NCBI GenBank assembly: GCA_016842085.1
Contig: JAEVEX010000034.1
Span: 26,371-90,370 of the forward strand
Direction of reading: 5' to 3'
DNA length: 64,000 nt
From: Candidatus Thermoflexus tengchongensis
Lineage (GTDB): Bacteria > Chloroflexota > Anaerolineae > Thermoflexales > Thermoflexaceae
Shown here: positions 1-9,676 of the stretch, piece after piece
How positions within the stretch are numbered: the stretch's first letter is position 1
Layout: each line of letters begins with the position of its first letter
The notes under the pieces: model-generated
Databases searched by the model: none
Told to the model about the DNA's origin: nothing
Seen by the model: only the letters and a program-made list of their open reading frames with translations
Program-made: the position numbers and the translations under genes

Positions 1-1213
1 TCAGACGCTCCTGGATCAGGCGGGCGGCGTTGAACTGCTGGCGCACCCGTCGACGGAGCCGGGCCACTGGATCCGTTTCCAGAAAGCGAGCGATGGCCGC
101 CGCCAGCGCCTCCGGGCCGCTTCCCTCGGGGAAAAGGAATACATCCTCTCCGCCCAGCTCCCGCAGAGAGGGGAGCTCGCGGGCGAACACGGGCAGGCGG
201 GCCAGCCCGGCCTCCAGCACGGGCAGCCCGAACCCCTCCTCCTCGCTGGTGAGCAGCACCGCGTCCGCCAGGATATAGAAATCCGCCACCGCTTCGTCCG
301 GTAGCCCTTTCCCCAGATGTTCATAAAGGAAATGCGCCGCCCCCTCCAGCCCCCACGCCGCCCGCCGGGCGCGCAGCTCCTCCAGATAAGCCCGGTTGGC
401 CGGCGTGTGGGCGCCCGGAGGACCGGTCACGAGAAGCCGGGCATCCCATCCGGTTCGCTCCCGCAGATGGCGAAGGACAGCCAGAGCGTCTTCCAGCCGC
501 TTACGGCGGGTGATGCGGACCGGCATCAGGAGGATGACGTCGGCGGCCATCAGGCCCAGGGCCTCCACGATGGACCGCGTGAGCTCACTCCAGCGGAAGA
601 ACTCCCCGAGATCCACCCCGTTCGGAATCACGTGGATATGCGCGGCCGGGATCCCCCAGGCAGCGGCCAGAGCCCGGCGGCGGGCCTCGGAAACCGTTAC
701 GTGGATCACCGGCCATGGCCGGAGGACCAGATCCCACGGCTCCCCGGGGAAGCGAGGCATCCCCCATCGCAGGATCACCGCATCATGGTGCCATCCGATC
801 CAGCGTCGGGGATCCTCTGTCACCAGATCGTAAAGAGCGGCGGAGAGGACAAGGTTCTTATCCATGGTGCAAACATTGTGGAGGATGACGACATCCACTC
901 CATGCAGGGCCTCCGCCAGCGCGCGGCGCAGCCGCTCCCGCCACTGAGGGAATTCATCGGGAAGACGACCCTCCCGCAACGCTGCCTGGAGCGGGGCGAT
1001 CTCCGGCGATCCGCCATACATCGGCGGGATCGCCACCATCTCCACCCCGGGCATGCTCAGATCGACCACGCCGGCAATGATCCGCACCGGATAGCCGGCG
1101 GCCGCCAGGATGCGGGCCTGGCGGACGAGCACGGCCTCTACCCCTCCGATCACTGGAGGGGCCGTATAGTGGATCAGGGCCACACGGGGCTTCGCACGCT
1201 CATAGGATAGCAT
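1..1213 (-). CDS. Glycosyltransferase family 4 (GT-B), runs off the left edge
   Basis: Translated by hand from ATG at 1213 (GGAGG upstream): MLSYERAKPRVALIHYTAPPVIGGVEAV...DVVILHNVCTMDKNL...SEEEGFGLPVLEAG (EX7E motif). No stop before position 1, so it is absent from the ORF track. Confidence 0.85.
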   Translation of the reverse strand, partial: MLSYERAKPRVALIHYTAPPVIGGVEAVLVRQARILAAAGYPVRIIAGVVDLSMPGVEMVAIPPMYGGSPEIAPLQAALREGRLPDEFPQWRERLRRALAEALHGVDVVILHNVCTMDKNLVLSAALYDLVTEDPRRWIGWHHDAVILRWGMPRFPGEPWDLVLRPWPVIHVTVSEARRRALAAAWGIPAAHIHVIPNGVDLGEFFRWSELTRSIVEALGLMAADVILLMPVRITRRKRLEDALAVLRHLRERTGWDARLLVTGPPGAHTPANRAYLEELRARRAAWGLEGAAHFLYEHLGKGLPDEAVADFYILADAVLLTSEEEGFGLPVLEAGLARLPVFARELPSLRELGGEDVFLFPEGSGPEALAAAIARFLETDPVARLRRRVRQQFNAARLIQERL

Positions 1214-1667
1214 CCCAGGCCTCCAGGTTCACTGGATCCGGTACCGAAACAGGCGCGTCCTGCCCGGCCTCTCACCCCCGGAGGATCTTTCATGAACCCC
1301 TTCCTTATGACCCGGCCCGGTTGGAGGCTCCAGCAGATCCGATTTGGCGGACCCGTGTTTTCTGATTATGATGGCCTTAAAGCTTCTGGGCAGGCAAAGC
1401 CACGGATTTCTCAGATAGATGGGTGTGCACAAAAATATCCCTTTGTCCTCCCCACGCCGTGTAGCAGCGTGAATCGGCCTTCGTCCAGGACCCAGCTCAA
1501 TTATGCAGCAGCGGAGAAACACGGGCTGATCCAGATGGATTTCGATGCGAACTCCGATCGTATGCTATGGGATCACCGCGCGCCCGCTCCGGCACAGGCT
1601 GTCCCTGCTGCAGGCGGCTCCTGAGGCCGGCGTGGGGCGGTTCCCGCCTGGCCATGGAGGGAAAGCC

Positions 1668-3365
1668 GTGTGGACGCGCCGCGGCGTATGGGCCATGATC
1701 CTTGTGTTGCTGGGAAGCAGCGGCTGGACCCCATCGATCCCGGAAGCCTTCCCCCGGGAGCCGGCTCGAACCCGGGAGGGAAATTCCCTGTCCTCCCCGT
1801 TCCGCGTTTATCTGCCCCTCGTCGTCCGTCAGGAGCCACAGGCCCTTTCCGGAGTGGATTTCGGACTGGTCTTCATCACATCGGCCGAGCAGCCCGCCGA
1901 CCCGGCCCGATTCGATCGGGCACGGGGGCTGGGCGCCCGCTGGGACCGCTGGCCTCTTTACTGGAGCGGTGTGGAAACATCTCCTGGGGTCTATCAATGG
2001 GCCCATGTGGATCAGGCCCTGCGGGACGCCCTCGCCCAGGGCTTTGAGGTCTCCCTGATCCTGATGGGCACCCCGGGCTTCTACGCCGCTGGAGGCCTCT
2101 CCGCCCAACCGCCCATCGGCGGGTCGATCCTCCGTCAGCCGTCCGGAGATATCCCCCCGGATGCGCCGATCCGCATCGCCGCGGCGAATCCTCCGGCTGG
2201 CCTCTATGCGCCCGTCTTCACCGATGGGACCGATCGCCCCGGTCCAGGCAAAACCATCAATCCGGCGAACCGATGGGCCGCCTTCGTCTACCAGGCGGTC
2301 GCCCGCTACCGACCGGGTGGGACGGCGAGCCGCGAGGTGCCTGGATGGCCAGCCGGGCGCGGGGTCCGCGCCTGGGAGATCTGGAACGAGCCGGACCTCT
2401 CGTCCTTCTGGAGCGGGAGCGCGGCGGATTACGCCCGCCTGCTGAAGGTAGGCACCATCGCCGCGCGTCAGGCGGATCCCCAGGCCCGCATCCTGTTCGG
2501 CGGGCTGGCGATCTTCGAGAAGCCTGGCTGGCTGCAGGAAGTTCTGAGGACGCTCCAGAATGACCCCGATCCCGATTTGCGGGACGCTTTTGGCTGGTAT
2601 TTCGATGTCCTCCCGATCCACAGTTACAGCTATGCATGGCAGACGTTTCGCTATCTGAACCAGGTAAAGGGAACTCTTCAATCCTTCGGGCTCGTGAAGG
2701 AGCTCTGGGTGAACGAGAGCGGCCTGCCGGTGTGGGACGATCCCATGCGCCCCCCTCTCAATCCGGATAGCCCGTATCGGGGCACGATGACTGAACAGGC
2801 GGCCTATCTGGTGCAAAGCACAGCCTATGCCATCTGGATGGGTGCCCGCGTGGTCTATTTTTTTATGCTGCACGACGATTGTGGCAACATTCCCCAAGAG
2901 GACGCCTTCGGTCTTTACCGGAACCCGCCGGATTACATCTGTGTGCCATTGGACGGAAGCGCCCGCCCGGCGGCGGCCGCCTATCGGCTGGTCACCACCC
3001 ATCTGCGTGGAGCCACGCCCCTCTGGCGCCTGCGCACCACAGATGGCCGGACCGACTGGGGTGCGTGCACCGGACAGGTGGAGTGGTTCGCTTTCCGGCG
3101 GCCGGACGGGGCGCGGGTGCTGCTGGCCTGGACCCGCCTGAACGTCCCGGCGACGATCACGGTGACCGCCGTCGCGCCCCAGGGGGTCATCTACGACGTC
3201 CGCACCGGAGCGGCGACTGGGGTGCGTCCCACCAACGGCATTTACACTTTCTCTCTACCGCCCGCCACCAACTACAACACGCCGACCCTGTGCAACCCTG
3301 CGCGGGAAAAGCAGGGGGAAGCCGCCGTGGGCGGAATCCCCCTCTTTCTGGTCGAGGGTCCGTGA
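1668..3365 (+). CDS. Secreted clan-A glycoside hydrolase (GH39/GH5-like)
   Basis: GGAGG then in-frame GTG at 1668; signal-like N-terminus; VYLPLVVR motif; WEIWNEPD acid/base and WVNESG nucleophile motifs. Confidence 0.75.
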   Translation: MWTRRGVWAMILVLLGSSGWTPSIPEAFPREPARTREGNSLSSPFRVYLPLVVRQEPQALSGVDFGLVFITSAEQPADPARFDRARGLGARWDRWPLYWSGVETSPGVYQWAHVDQALRDALAQGFEVSLILMGTPGFYAAGGLSAQPPIGGSILRQPSGDIPPDAPIRIAAANPPAGLYAPVFTDGTDRPGPGKTINPANRWAAFVYQAVARYRPGGTASREVPGWPAGRGVRAWEIWNEPDLSSFWSGSAADYARLLKVGTIAARQADPQARILFGGLAIFEKPGWLQEVLRTLQNDPDPDLRDAFGWYFDVLPIHSYSYAWQTFRYLNQVKGTLQSFGLVKELWVNESGLPVWDDPMRPPLNPDSPYRGTMTEQAAYLVQSTAYAIWMGARVVYFFMLHDDCGNIPQEDAFGLYRNPPDYICVPLDGSARPAAAAYRLVTTHLRGATPLWRLRTTDGRTDWGACTGQVEWFAFRRPDGARVLLAWTRLNVPATITVTAVAPQGVIYDVRTGAATGVRPTNGIYTFSLPPATNYNTPTLCNPAREKQGEAAVGGIPLFLVEGP

Positions 3366-3482
3366 GGATCCTACCCGCTGCGTAATTCTCGAAATCGAGG
3401 AGGGACAGGCCGCCTTCAGGGGCCTGCTCAGCTCCAGAACTCCAGGAAGGAAAGTTCACGGTTCCGCAGGAGGATCGACGCC

Positions 3483-4175
3483 ATGGAGAAGAACATGCGG
3501 AAGCTGGTGCTCACCACCCTGACCATCACGCCCAGCGGGGCCCTCAGCCCCGGTCCCCTGTCGGCTTCTGCCGCTGCCGTGGGCGCGATCCTGGGTCCAT
3601 GGGGAGGCGTTCTGATTGCCCTGGGGCACATGATGGTGGAGCTTCCCTACGTGGCGATCCTTCACCGGTTTGCCGGCCTTCTGAGAGGAGCCCTCGGCCG
3701 ATTGAAGGTGCCCATGAACGCTGTCATTGTCCTGTTTCTCCTCTTCTTCTCCTATCTTCTTCTTCAAGATTCCATTGCCGTTCTGCGAGGCGAGATCTCT
3801 CCAGGCCGTTCATCGATCTCAGGTCCCTGGGAGGCCCTGGCTGTTGGAGCCGCGCTTACCGGATTGAACATCTACTTCCTGGCCTGGTGGCTCACCGTGG
3901 GCTATCCCCTGATCGAGGAATCTTCCAGGCTGGGCTTGAAAGGGTTCACGGCGATGTATATCAGCCACGTGTGGATGGATTACGTGTGGCTGATCCTGCT
4001 GGCCGCCGGCGGGGGAGCGACGAGGATTCTGGGGATCATCCCTTATGCGATACTTCTGATGGCCCTGGCTGCCATCCTGATGGGGTTCGCCCTGAACATC
4101 CTCCGGGATACCCTGAGGTTCGTGAGGGCCTCAGCTACTCCCGCCGATCAGGATAGGACTTACGCAGTTGGGTAG
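3483..4175 (+). CDS. LysE-family translocator
   Basis: SGALSPGP motif, GH..VE motif and about 6 hydrophobic segments. Confidence 0.75.
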   Translation: MEKNMRKLVLTTLTITPSGALSPGPLSASAAAVGAILGPWGGVLIALGHMMVELPYVAILHRFAGLLRGALGRLKVPMNAVIVLFLLFFSYLLLQDSIAVLRGEISPGRSSISGPWEALAVGAALTGLNIYFLAWWLTVGYPLIEESSRLGLKGFTAMYISHVWMDYVWLILLAAGGGATRILGIIPYAILLMALAAILMGFALNILRDTLRFVRASATPADQDRTYAVG

Positions 4176-4214
4176 AAGCGCGGGCCTGACACCCTGAATG
4201 GCAAAGACCCGGGG

Positions 4215-4240
4215 TTCCCCATTATAATGGCGATGGGGAA
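4215..4240 (+). promoter_or_regulatory. Hairpin enclosing a TATAAT -10 box upstream of tnpB (possible element left end or promoter)
   Basis: TTCCCCAT-tataatggcg-ATGGGGAA perfect 8-bp inverted repeat; TATAAT at 4223-4228. Confidence 0.45.
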
Positions 4241-4260
4241 CAAAGCCATGGGGCCTTCTC

Positions 4261-5520
4261 ATGACGACGCTGGCCATCCGACTCCAGTTTCCGCCCAATC
4301 CCGAGATCGATCGGCTTCTAAGCTCTTGCAAGGCGATGGTTATGGAAGCCGTCTCCTGGGCGCTGGAGAACAACAAGACGGCCACCCATACCATCGTCAA
4401 AGCGCTTTACCCGTCCTTTCGGGAGAGGTTTCCAGAACTCCATTCCAGGTGGGTTCAAAAATCCGCCCGGACGGCGGCGGCCATCGTCCACGCCTTCCGG
4501 CGGCGGAAGCGGCGAGGGCGCGAGAAGAGGGACAGGCCGAAGATCGGGGAGGCTTGGGTTTATGTGGACAAAAGCACCTTCCGCTGGGAGTGGGATGGAA
4601 CCCACCTGACTGTCCGAATCACCATCAGACCCAGAGCACATCCGGTGGTTCTCCGTTTTCGACCTCACGGGAAGTATCGGCGCTTGATCGAAGCCTGGGC
4701 GCGTGGAGAGTGTGACTTCGGAGAACCGACGATCAGCCGGACAAGGCTCATTATCCCCTTGAAATTCCCCGATCTTCCGCGCTATGAGCCTCGTGCTGTC
4801 TGCGGCATTGACAGCAACGAGCGGAGTCTGGATGGCTTTGAAAGCAACGGGGCCGCCTGGACGATGGACACGTCGTGGGCGGCGATGAAATGCGCCGATC
4901 ATGATCGCCGGATTCGCCGCGGAACCCGGGGAAAGCAAAACCCGAAAGCAAGGGAAAAGATTATCCGCAAGCATAGCCAGCGACGCCGGAACCGAACTCG
5001 GGAATTCTGGCATGGGGTGGCATGCACACTGGTCTGGATGGCCATGCGCACAGGCGGCGCGCTGGTTCTGGAATCGTTGCGGGGAATGAAGAGGCGGATC
5101 GCACGCTCTATGCCGCGGCGGCTTCGACAGCGACTGCTGAATCACTGGAGCATCCGAACGTTCCATCGCATCCTATGCCACAAAGCAAAGGTCTACGGAG
5201 TTCCCCTGCTGTGGATTGACCCACGGGGCACCAGCAAAGCCTGTCCGGTATGCGGGGGGAACCTAAGGGGGCAGGTGGAGTTGGTGTGCCCCGGATGCGG
5301 GTTGAAGGGAAATCGCCATGTCCTGGCGGCGTGGAACATCGCCAGGCGGGGACAGGCGAAACTCCCCATTGGGGGAACGGGAGATCCGGAAAAGGGCATG
5401 GCCCGTTTCCGGAAGCTCCAGTCCCCCAAATGGGGACAGGGGGTCGTGGGCGCTCCCGGTCGCCCCCTTCCTGTTCAGGTCTGGTCGGGTCAGCTCGCCG
5501 GCTGGCCGCCGACAGCCTGA
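4261..5520 (+). mobile_element. tnpB: IS200/IS605-superfamily TnpB (RNA-guided nuclease family), solo, no tnpA
   Basis: RuvC-I GIDSNE, RuvC-II LVLESL, zinc finger CPVCG...CPGCG, RuvC-III-like NRHVLAAWNIA; basic bridge region. Confidence 0.9.
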
Positions 5521-5570
5521 GCACAGGGGGAAGCGCAGGCAACTGCGTAAGTCCTACAGGAATCGAACAG
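5360..5570 (+). ncRNA. Candidate omega-RNA (reRNA) overlapping the tnpB 3' end
   Basis: Nested inverted repeats 5363-5376/5422-5436 and 5385-5392/5406-5413; the C-terminal ~55 aa after NIARRG look non-conserved. omega-RNAs overlap tnpB 3' ends. Boundaries approximate. Confidence 0.55.
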
Positions 5571-5741
5571 CCAGGCAGAGCAGTAAAGATCTGATCACTT
5601 CCACCTCCAATTCTTTGGGGCCAGCTCCCCATGGGGAGGCGAACGGTATGCAACCAGGCGGGATGCTCGAAAAACCCTGCCCGATGTCCAGAGCGGTCCC
5701 GCAAGGCCGCATATCCGTTCGCCTGGAAGCCGATAGGAGCC

Positions 5742-6731
5742 TCATCCTTTCGCCAATCCGCGGCGACGGAGTTCCGCCGTGAGAGCCGGGACGATCTTGA
5801 AGAGATCGTCCACCACGCCATAGCGGGCGACTTTGAAGATCGGTGCCTCCGGATCCTTGTTGATGGCCACGATGACCTTCACCCCCCGCAGGCCGGAGAG
5901 ATGCTGGATGGCACCGGAGATCCCGCACGCGATGTAAAGATCGGGGCTGATCGTCTTTCCGGTCTGGCCCACCTGATACTTGTAGGGGATCCACCCCGCA
6001 TCCACCACCGCCCGGGTGGCCCCCAGGGCGGCCCCCAGCGCTCGGGCCAGCTCCCGCAGGGGCTCAAAGCCCTCCGGTCCGCCAACTCCACGCCCGCCGC
6101 CCACCACAATACGGGCCTCGTTCAGGCTGATCTCCCCCTCTGTTTCCTGGATCCACTCCAGGACCTCTGTAGGGAAAGCCAGGGGATCCAGCTCTATGGA
6201 AACCCGACGGATCTCCCCTTTTCGACCGGGATCGGGATCGGGTTTGGGGAAGGCACGCCCCCGGATGGTTACGATCGCGGGAGAGCGCTCGACATAGGTC
6301 CGGGCGAACAGTTTGCCTTCATAGATGGGCCGGATTACAACGATGCGACCATCTTCGATGGAGACCTCCAGCGCATCGACCAGCGTCGCCGTCCCCAGTT
6401 CCGCCGCCAGCCCCCCGGCCAGCTCACGGCCTCGGGCCGTGGAGCCGATGAGGATGGCCTGCGGGGTGCCTTCCTTGGCCAGATGGGTCATAACGGCCAG
6501 ATAGGGTTCGAAGCGGAAATCGGCCAGCGCCGGGTGCTCGACCACCTGGACGATATCCGCGCCCATGGCGATGGCCTCTTCGGCCTGATTGGCGATCGCT
6601 CCCCCGATCCACACGGCGGTCACCCCGGTTCCCAGCACATCCGCCAGCCGCCGGGCCACTCCCATGGTCTCCCACACGATCGAGGGGATCTTCCCCTGGA
6701 ATTGCTCCAACCAGACCCAGACATGGCTCAT
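5742..6731 (-). CDS. etfA: Electron transfer flavoprotein alpha subunit
   Basis: [28 protein letters not shown]-binding signature. Confidence 0.95.
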   Translation of the reverse strand: MSHVWVWLEQFQGKIPSIVWETMGVARRLADVLGTGVTAVWIGGAIANQAEEAIAMGADIVQVVEHPALADFRFEPYLAVMTHLAKEGTPQAILIGSTARGRELAGGLAAELGTATLVDALEVSIEDGRIVVIRPIYEGKLFARTYVERSPAIVTIRGRAFPKPDPDPGRKGEIRRVSIELDPLAFPTEVLEWIQETEGEISLNEARIVVGGGRGVGGPEGFEPLRELARALGAALGATRAVVDAGWIPYKYQVGQTGKTISPDLYIACGISGAIQHLSGLRGVKVIVAINKDPEAPIFKVARYGVVDDLFKIVPALTAELRRRGLAKG

Positions 6732-6781
6732 GGATGTCCTCCGTAAGCCGGAATCCCTCAGGAGCTATGCGAAGGGAAAGC

Positions 6782-7576
6782 TCACAGGACCTTCTCCGCC
6801 AGCAACCGATCCACCAAGAGGCGGGCGATCTCCTCCGGCGACTCCCCCTGGATGAACTCACACTGGACCTCCTGTTTCGGCGGGGCGAAGACGACAGGCC
6901 AGCGGGCTGCCGAAGCGGCCGCGCCCACCTGCTCCGGGGCCAGCCCCAGATCTACTGCCGTCCAGACCGGGATCTGCATACGAGCAGCCTTCCGGATACC
7001 CATAAAGGAGGGATATCGCGGTTCGTTCATCTGCATCGCGCTGAGAACCGCAGGGAGCGGCGCCCGCACCACCTGGCGGCCCTCCTCCAGAATGCGCTCC
7101 ACCACAATCGTCCGCCCAGCCGGATCGATCTCCCGGATCTTCCCCACATAGGCCAGCAGCGGCCAGCCGAGGCGGCGGGCAAGGGCCGGCGGGACCTGCG
7201 CGGAGTTCCCGTCCACGCTCTCCTTGCCCATGAAGACCAGGTCCACCGCGCCCAGCTTGCGGATCGCCGCGGCCAGGATGGTGGCGGTGACCACCGCGTC
7301 GGAGCCCTCAAAGGCAGGATCGTGAAGAAGGATGGCCTCATCGCATCCCATGGCCACGGCCTGCTTCAGCGCCTCCTTCGCGGACTCCGGGCCCAGCGTG
7401 ATGACCGTAACCTTCCCCCCGAATTTCTCCTTCAACCGCAGGGACTCCTCGATGGCGAACTCATCCCATGGGTTCACGATCAGCGGGGCATCGCCCCAGG
7501 ATATGCGCCCGGATGCGTCGACGGTAAGCACAGCGGTCGTATCCGGGGTTTGCTTGATGGGCACCACAATGTGCAT
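6782..7576 (-). CDS. etfB: Electron transfer flavoprotein beta subunit
   Basis: MHIVVPIKQTPDT...NPWDEFAIEESLRLKE...NEPRYPSFMGIRKA; GGAGG-like RBS before ATG 7576. Confidence 0.95.
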   Translation of the reverse strand: MHIVVPIKQTPDTTAVLTVDASGRISWGDAPLIVNPWDEFAIEESLRLKEKFGGKVTVITLGPESAKEALKQAVAMGCDEAILLHDPAFEGSDAVVTATILAAAIRKLGAVDLVFMGKESVDGNSAQVPPALARRLGWPLLAYVGKIREIDPAGRTIVVERILEEGRQVVRAPLPAVLSAMQMNEPRYPSFMGIRKAARMQIPVWTAVDLGLAPEQVGAAASAARWPVVFAPPKQEVQCEFIQGESPEEIARLLVDRLLAEKVL

Positions 7577-7775
7577 GGTTCCCTCCAGCAAAGATATCCG
7601 CACTGGAGCAGGGCGGCAGTGGAGTCGCCCGCCCTGCTCCAGTTTGTTCACTTACAGGTCATCCGCCGCCGCGCTCCCATTCCGGGAGACAGGATGACCC
7701 CTTTCCCAAAGGCCTCCAGGAAGAGGCCAGCGGCGTATTCTTGATCATTTTGGACAGAAGTTGTTCAGGGCAGGT

Positions 7776-8991
7776 TCAGGCCATCGCTGGCTCGGCGCGC
7801 CAGATCTCCGGATCGTAGGCTGGCAACTCACAGCGCAGGGGGCGATCCTTGCGATAGCCCAGGGCGTATTCCGCCTGCAGGAGTGTGGATCTGGCTGGTG
7901 CCCTCGTAAATCACCTCACCTTTCGCGTTGCGCAGGTAACGCTCCACATCATACTCATCGCTATAGCCATAGGCCCCGTGGATCTGAATCGCATCCAGAG
8001 CCGCCTGAACCGCCGCCTCGGTGGCGAACCATTTGGCCAGGCTGGTTTCCCGGGTGTTGCGTATCCCCATGTTCTTCATCCATCCGGCCCGCAGATAGAG
8101 CAGACGGGCGATCTCATAGCTGGCGGCCATCTTCGCGATCATCTCCTGGACCAGCTGATGCTCCCCGATCCGGCGGCCGAAGGTCATCCGCTCGTTGGCG
8201 TATTTCACCGAGGCCTCCAGGCAGGCCCGGATCAGCCCGGTGGCTCCTGCCGCCACCGTGTAGCGCCCGTTGTCCAGGGCCGCCATGGCGATGTAGAAGC
8301 CTTCCCCCTCCTCCCCCAAACGGTTCTCCACCGGCACCGGAGTGTTCTCAAAGACGATCCATCCGGTGTTGCCCGCACGAACCCCCAGCTTGCCGTGGAT
8401 GGTGCCGGTTTTCACGCCAGGGAACGAGCGTTCCACAATGAAAGCCGACATCCCCCGGTGGCCTTTCTCGGGATCCGTTTTGGCGATCACCAGGAAGTGA
8501 TCCGCCAGATCCGCCAGGCTGATCCATGTTTTCTCCCCGTTCAGGATGTAAACATCCCCCTGGCGTCGGGCTGTGGTGCGGATCGCGGCGGCATCGGATC
8601 CCGCGCCAGGCTCGGTGAGGGCGTAGGCGGCGATCTTCTCTCCCTTCGCCTGAGGGACCAGGTATCGCTGCTTCTGCTCCTCCGTTCCCCATTGGAGGAG
8701 GGAGAGGGAATTGAGGGCCACGTGGACGGACATCACCACCCGGAGGGAGCTATCGACGCGCTCGAGCTCCTCGCAGGCCAGACCCAGGGAGATGTAATCC
8801 ATGCCGGCGCCGCCATATTTCACGGGGATGCAGATCCCCAGGAGCCCCAGGGCCGCCATCCGCTCGAAGAGCCATGGGATCGGTTTCTGGGCCCGGTCGT
8901 GCTCCTTGATAACCGGCCGGATCTCCCGCTCGGCGAACTCGCGGACCATCTGCTGGACCATGCGATGCTCATCGCTCAGCTGGAAATCCAT
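7776..8991 (-). CDS. Acyl-CoA dehydrogenase with an apparent frameshift near the C-terminus
   Basis: [38 protein letters not shown] motifs. The track ORF ends at 7828; a more natural tail [34 protein letters not shown] is in another frame ending at 7776. Confidence 0.9.
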
Positions 8992-9192
8992 AGGGGCCTC
9001 CTCCGGAAGAGCACAGATCTGGGGCGCGGCGAATGGAATCCGCTTCCCGGTGAATTATACGTTTGATTCCCCCTCCCTGCAGCCTATTGAAGTCTTGGGG
9101 ATCATTTGAGGGATGGACACAGGACTTTCCCTTTATAGTGGGGCTGTTTGAAAAAAACAGGGGTCGACTTTGGGAAGGAGGAAACACATTTA

Positions 9193-9230
9193 TTGACATT
9201 CGCATCGCCTGTGGTAAGATAATCACAAAA
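9193..9230 (+). promoter_or_regulatory. Sigma70-type promoter, copy 1
   Basis: TTGACA-16 nt-TAAGAT with extended -10 TG; followed by AATCACAAAA. Confidence 0.6.
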
Positions 9231-9417
9231 TCGGTGGGAACCGGCCAGGCGTTCGAATACGCAGCGGAGCTCATCAGCGAAGAACGTGTGTTATCCGCTT
9301 TCCCTGTCAAAGCAGCGCACGGCGAGCAGTGGGCTGAATCACCCGGGTTGTGAGCAGGAGTTGCCTTTCTGAAAAGCCCCGTAATCAATCGTCACTTGAG
9401 GAACACAGGCGAGCGGG

Positions 9418-9455
9418 TTGACGTCTCCCCTATCTGTGGTAAGATAAGCACAAAA
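9418..9455 (+). promoter_or_regulatory. Sigma70-type promoter, copy 2 (SAM-I/metK leader)
   Basis: TTGACG-16 nt-TAAGAT; shares CTGTGGTAAGATAA(T/G)CACAAAA with copy 1. Confidence 0.65.
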
Positions 9456-9472
9456 AGCGATAGAGCGCGGCA

Positions 9473-9621
9473 CTCATCGAGAGAGGCGGAGGGACCCGGC
9501 CCGATGAAGCCTCGGCAACCTCCCGCGGAGCATCAGGGCCGACCGGGGAGCACGCCGCCCCCCGGCGGAGCGCTCGCGGGGATGGTGCCAAGTCCGGCAG
9601 ACGGTCCGTCTGGGAGATGAG
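9473..9621 (+). ncRNA. SAM-I (S-box) riboswitch
   Basis: CTCATCGAGAG...GGAGGGAC..GGCCCGATGAAGCC..GGCAACC...GGTGCCAAGTCCGGCAG...GAGATGAG consensus; P1 CTCATC/GATGAG; upstream of a SAM synthetase. Confidence 0.95.
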
Positions 9622-9641
9622 GTGGCCCGCAGCGGCGATCG

Positions 9642-9675
9642 GCCTCTTCTTCCCAGAAGAGGCTTTTGTTTTGTT
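9642..9675 (+). terminator. Intrinsic terminator of the riboswitch expression platform
   Basis: GCCTCTTCT-tccc-AGAAGAGGC then TTTTGTTTTGTT. Confidence 0.8.
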
Positions 9676-9676
9676 C

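Noticed and set aside
820-1017. Track ORFs suggesting the GT4 gene is fragmented
   Set aside because: Manual translation shows one continuous frame from 1213 to the window edge; it is missing from the track only because it has no stop.
1385-1440. GCAAAGCCACGG resembling part of a c-di-GMP-I riboswitch
   Set aside because: The GGCAAAC/GAAA tetraloop stem and the rest of the consensus are absent.
1497-3002. Long antisense or alternate-frame ORFs (also 13382-14944, 15056-16492, 24316-25947, 26040-28331, 30276-32270, 40745-42037, 54349-55734 and others)
   Set aside because: Shadows of real genes in high-GC DNA; no motifs, and they overlap well-supported CDSs.
9063-9353. 96-aa ORF upstream of the riboswitch
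   Set aside because: Spans a promoter, has no RBS or motif and atypical codon usage.
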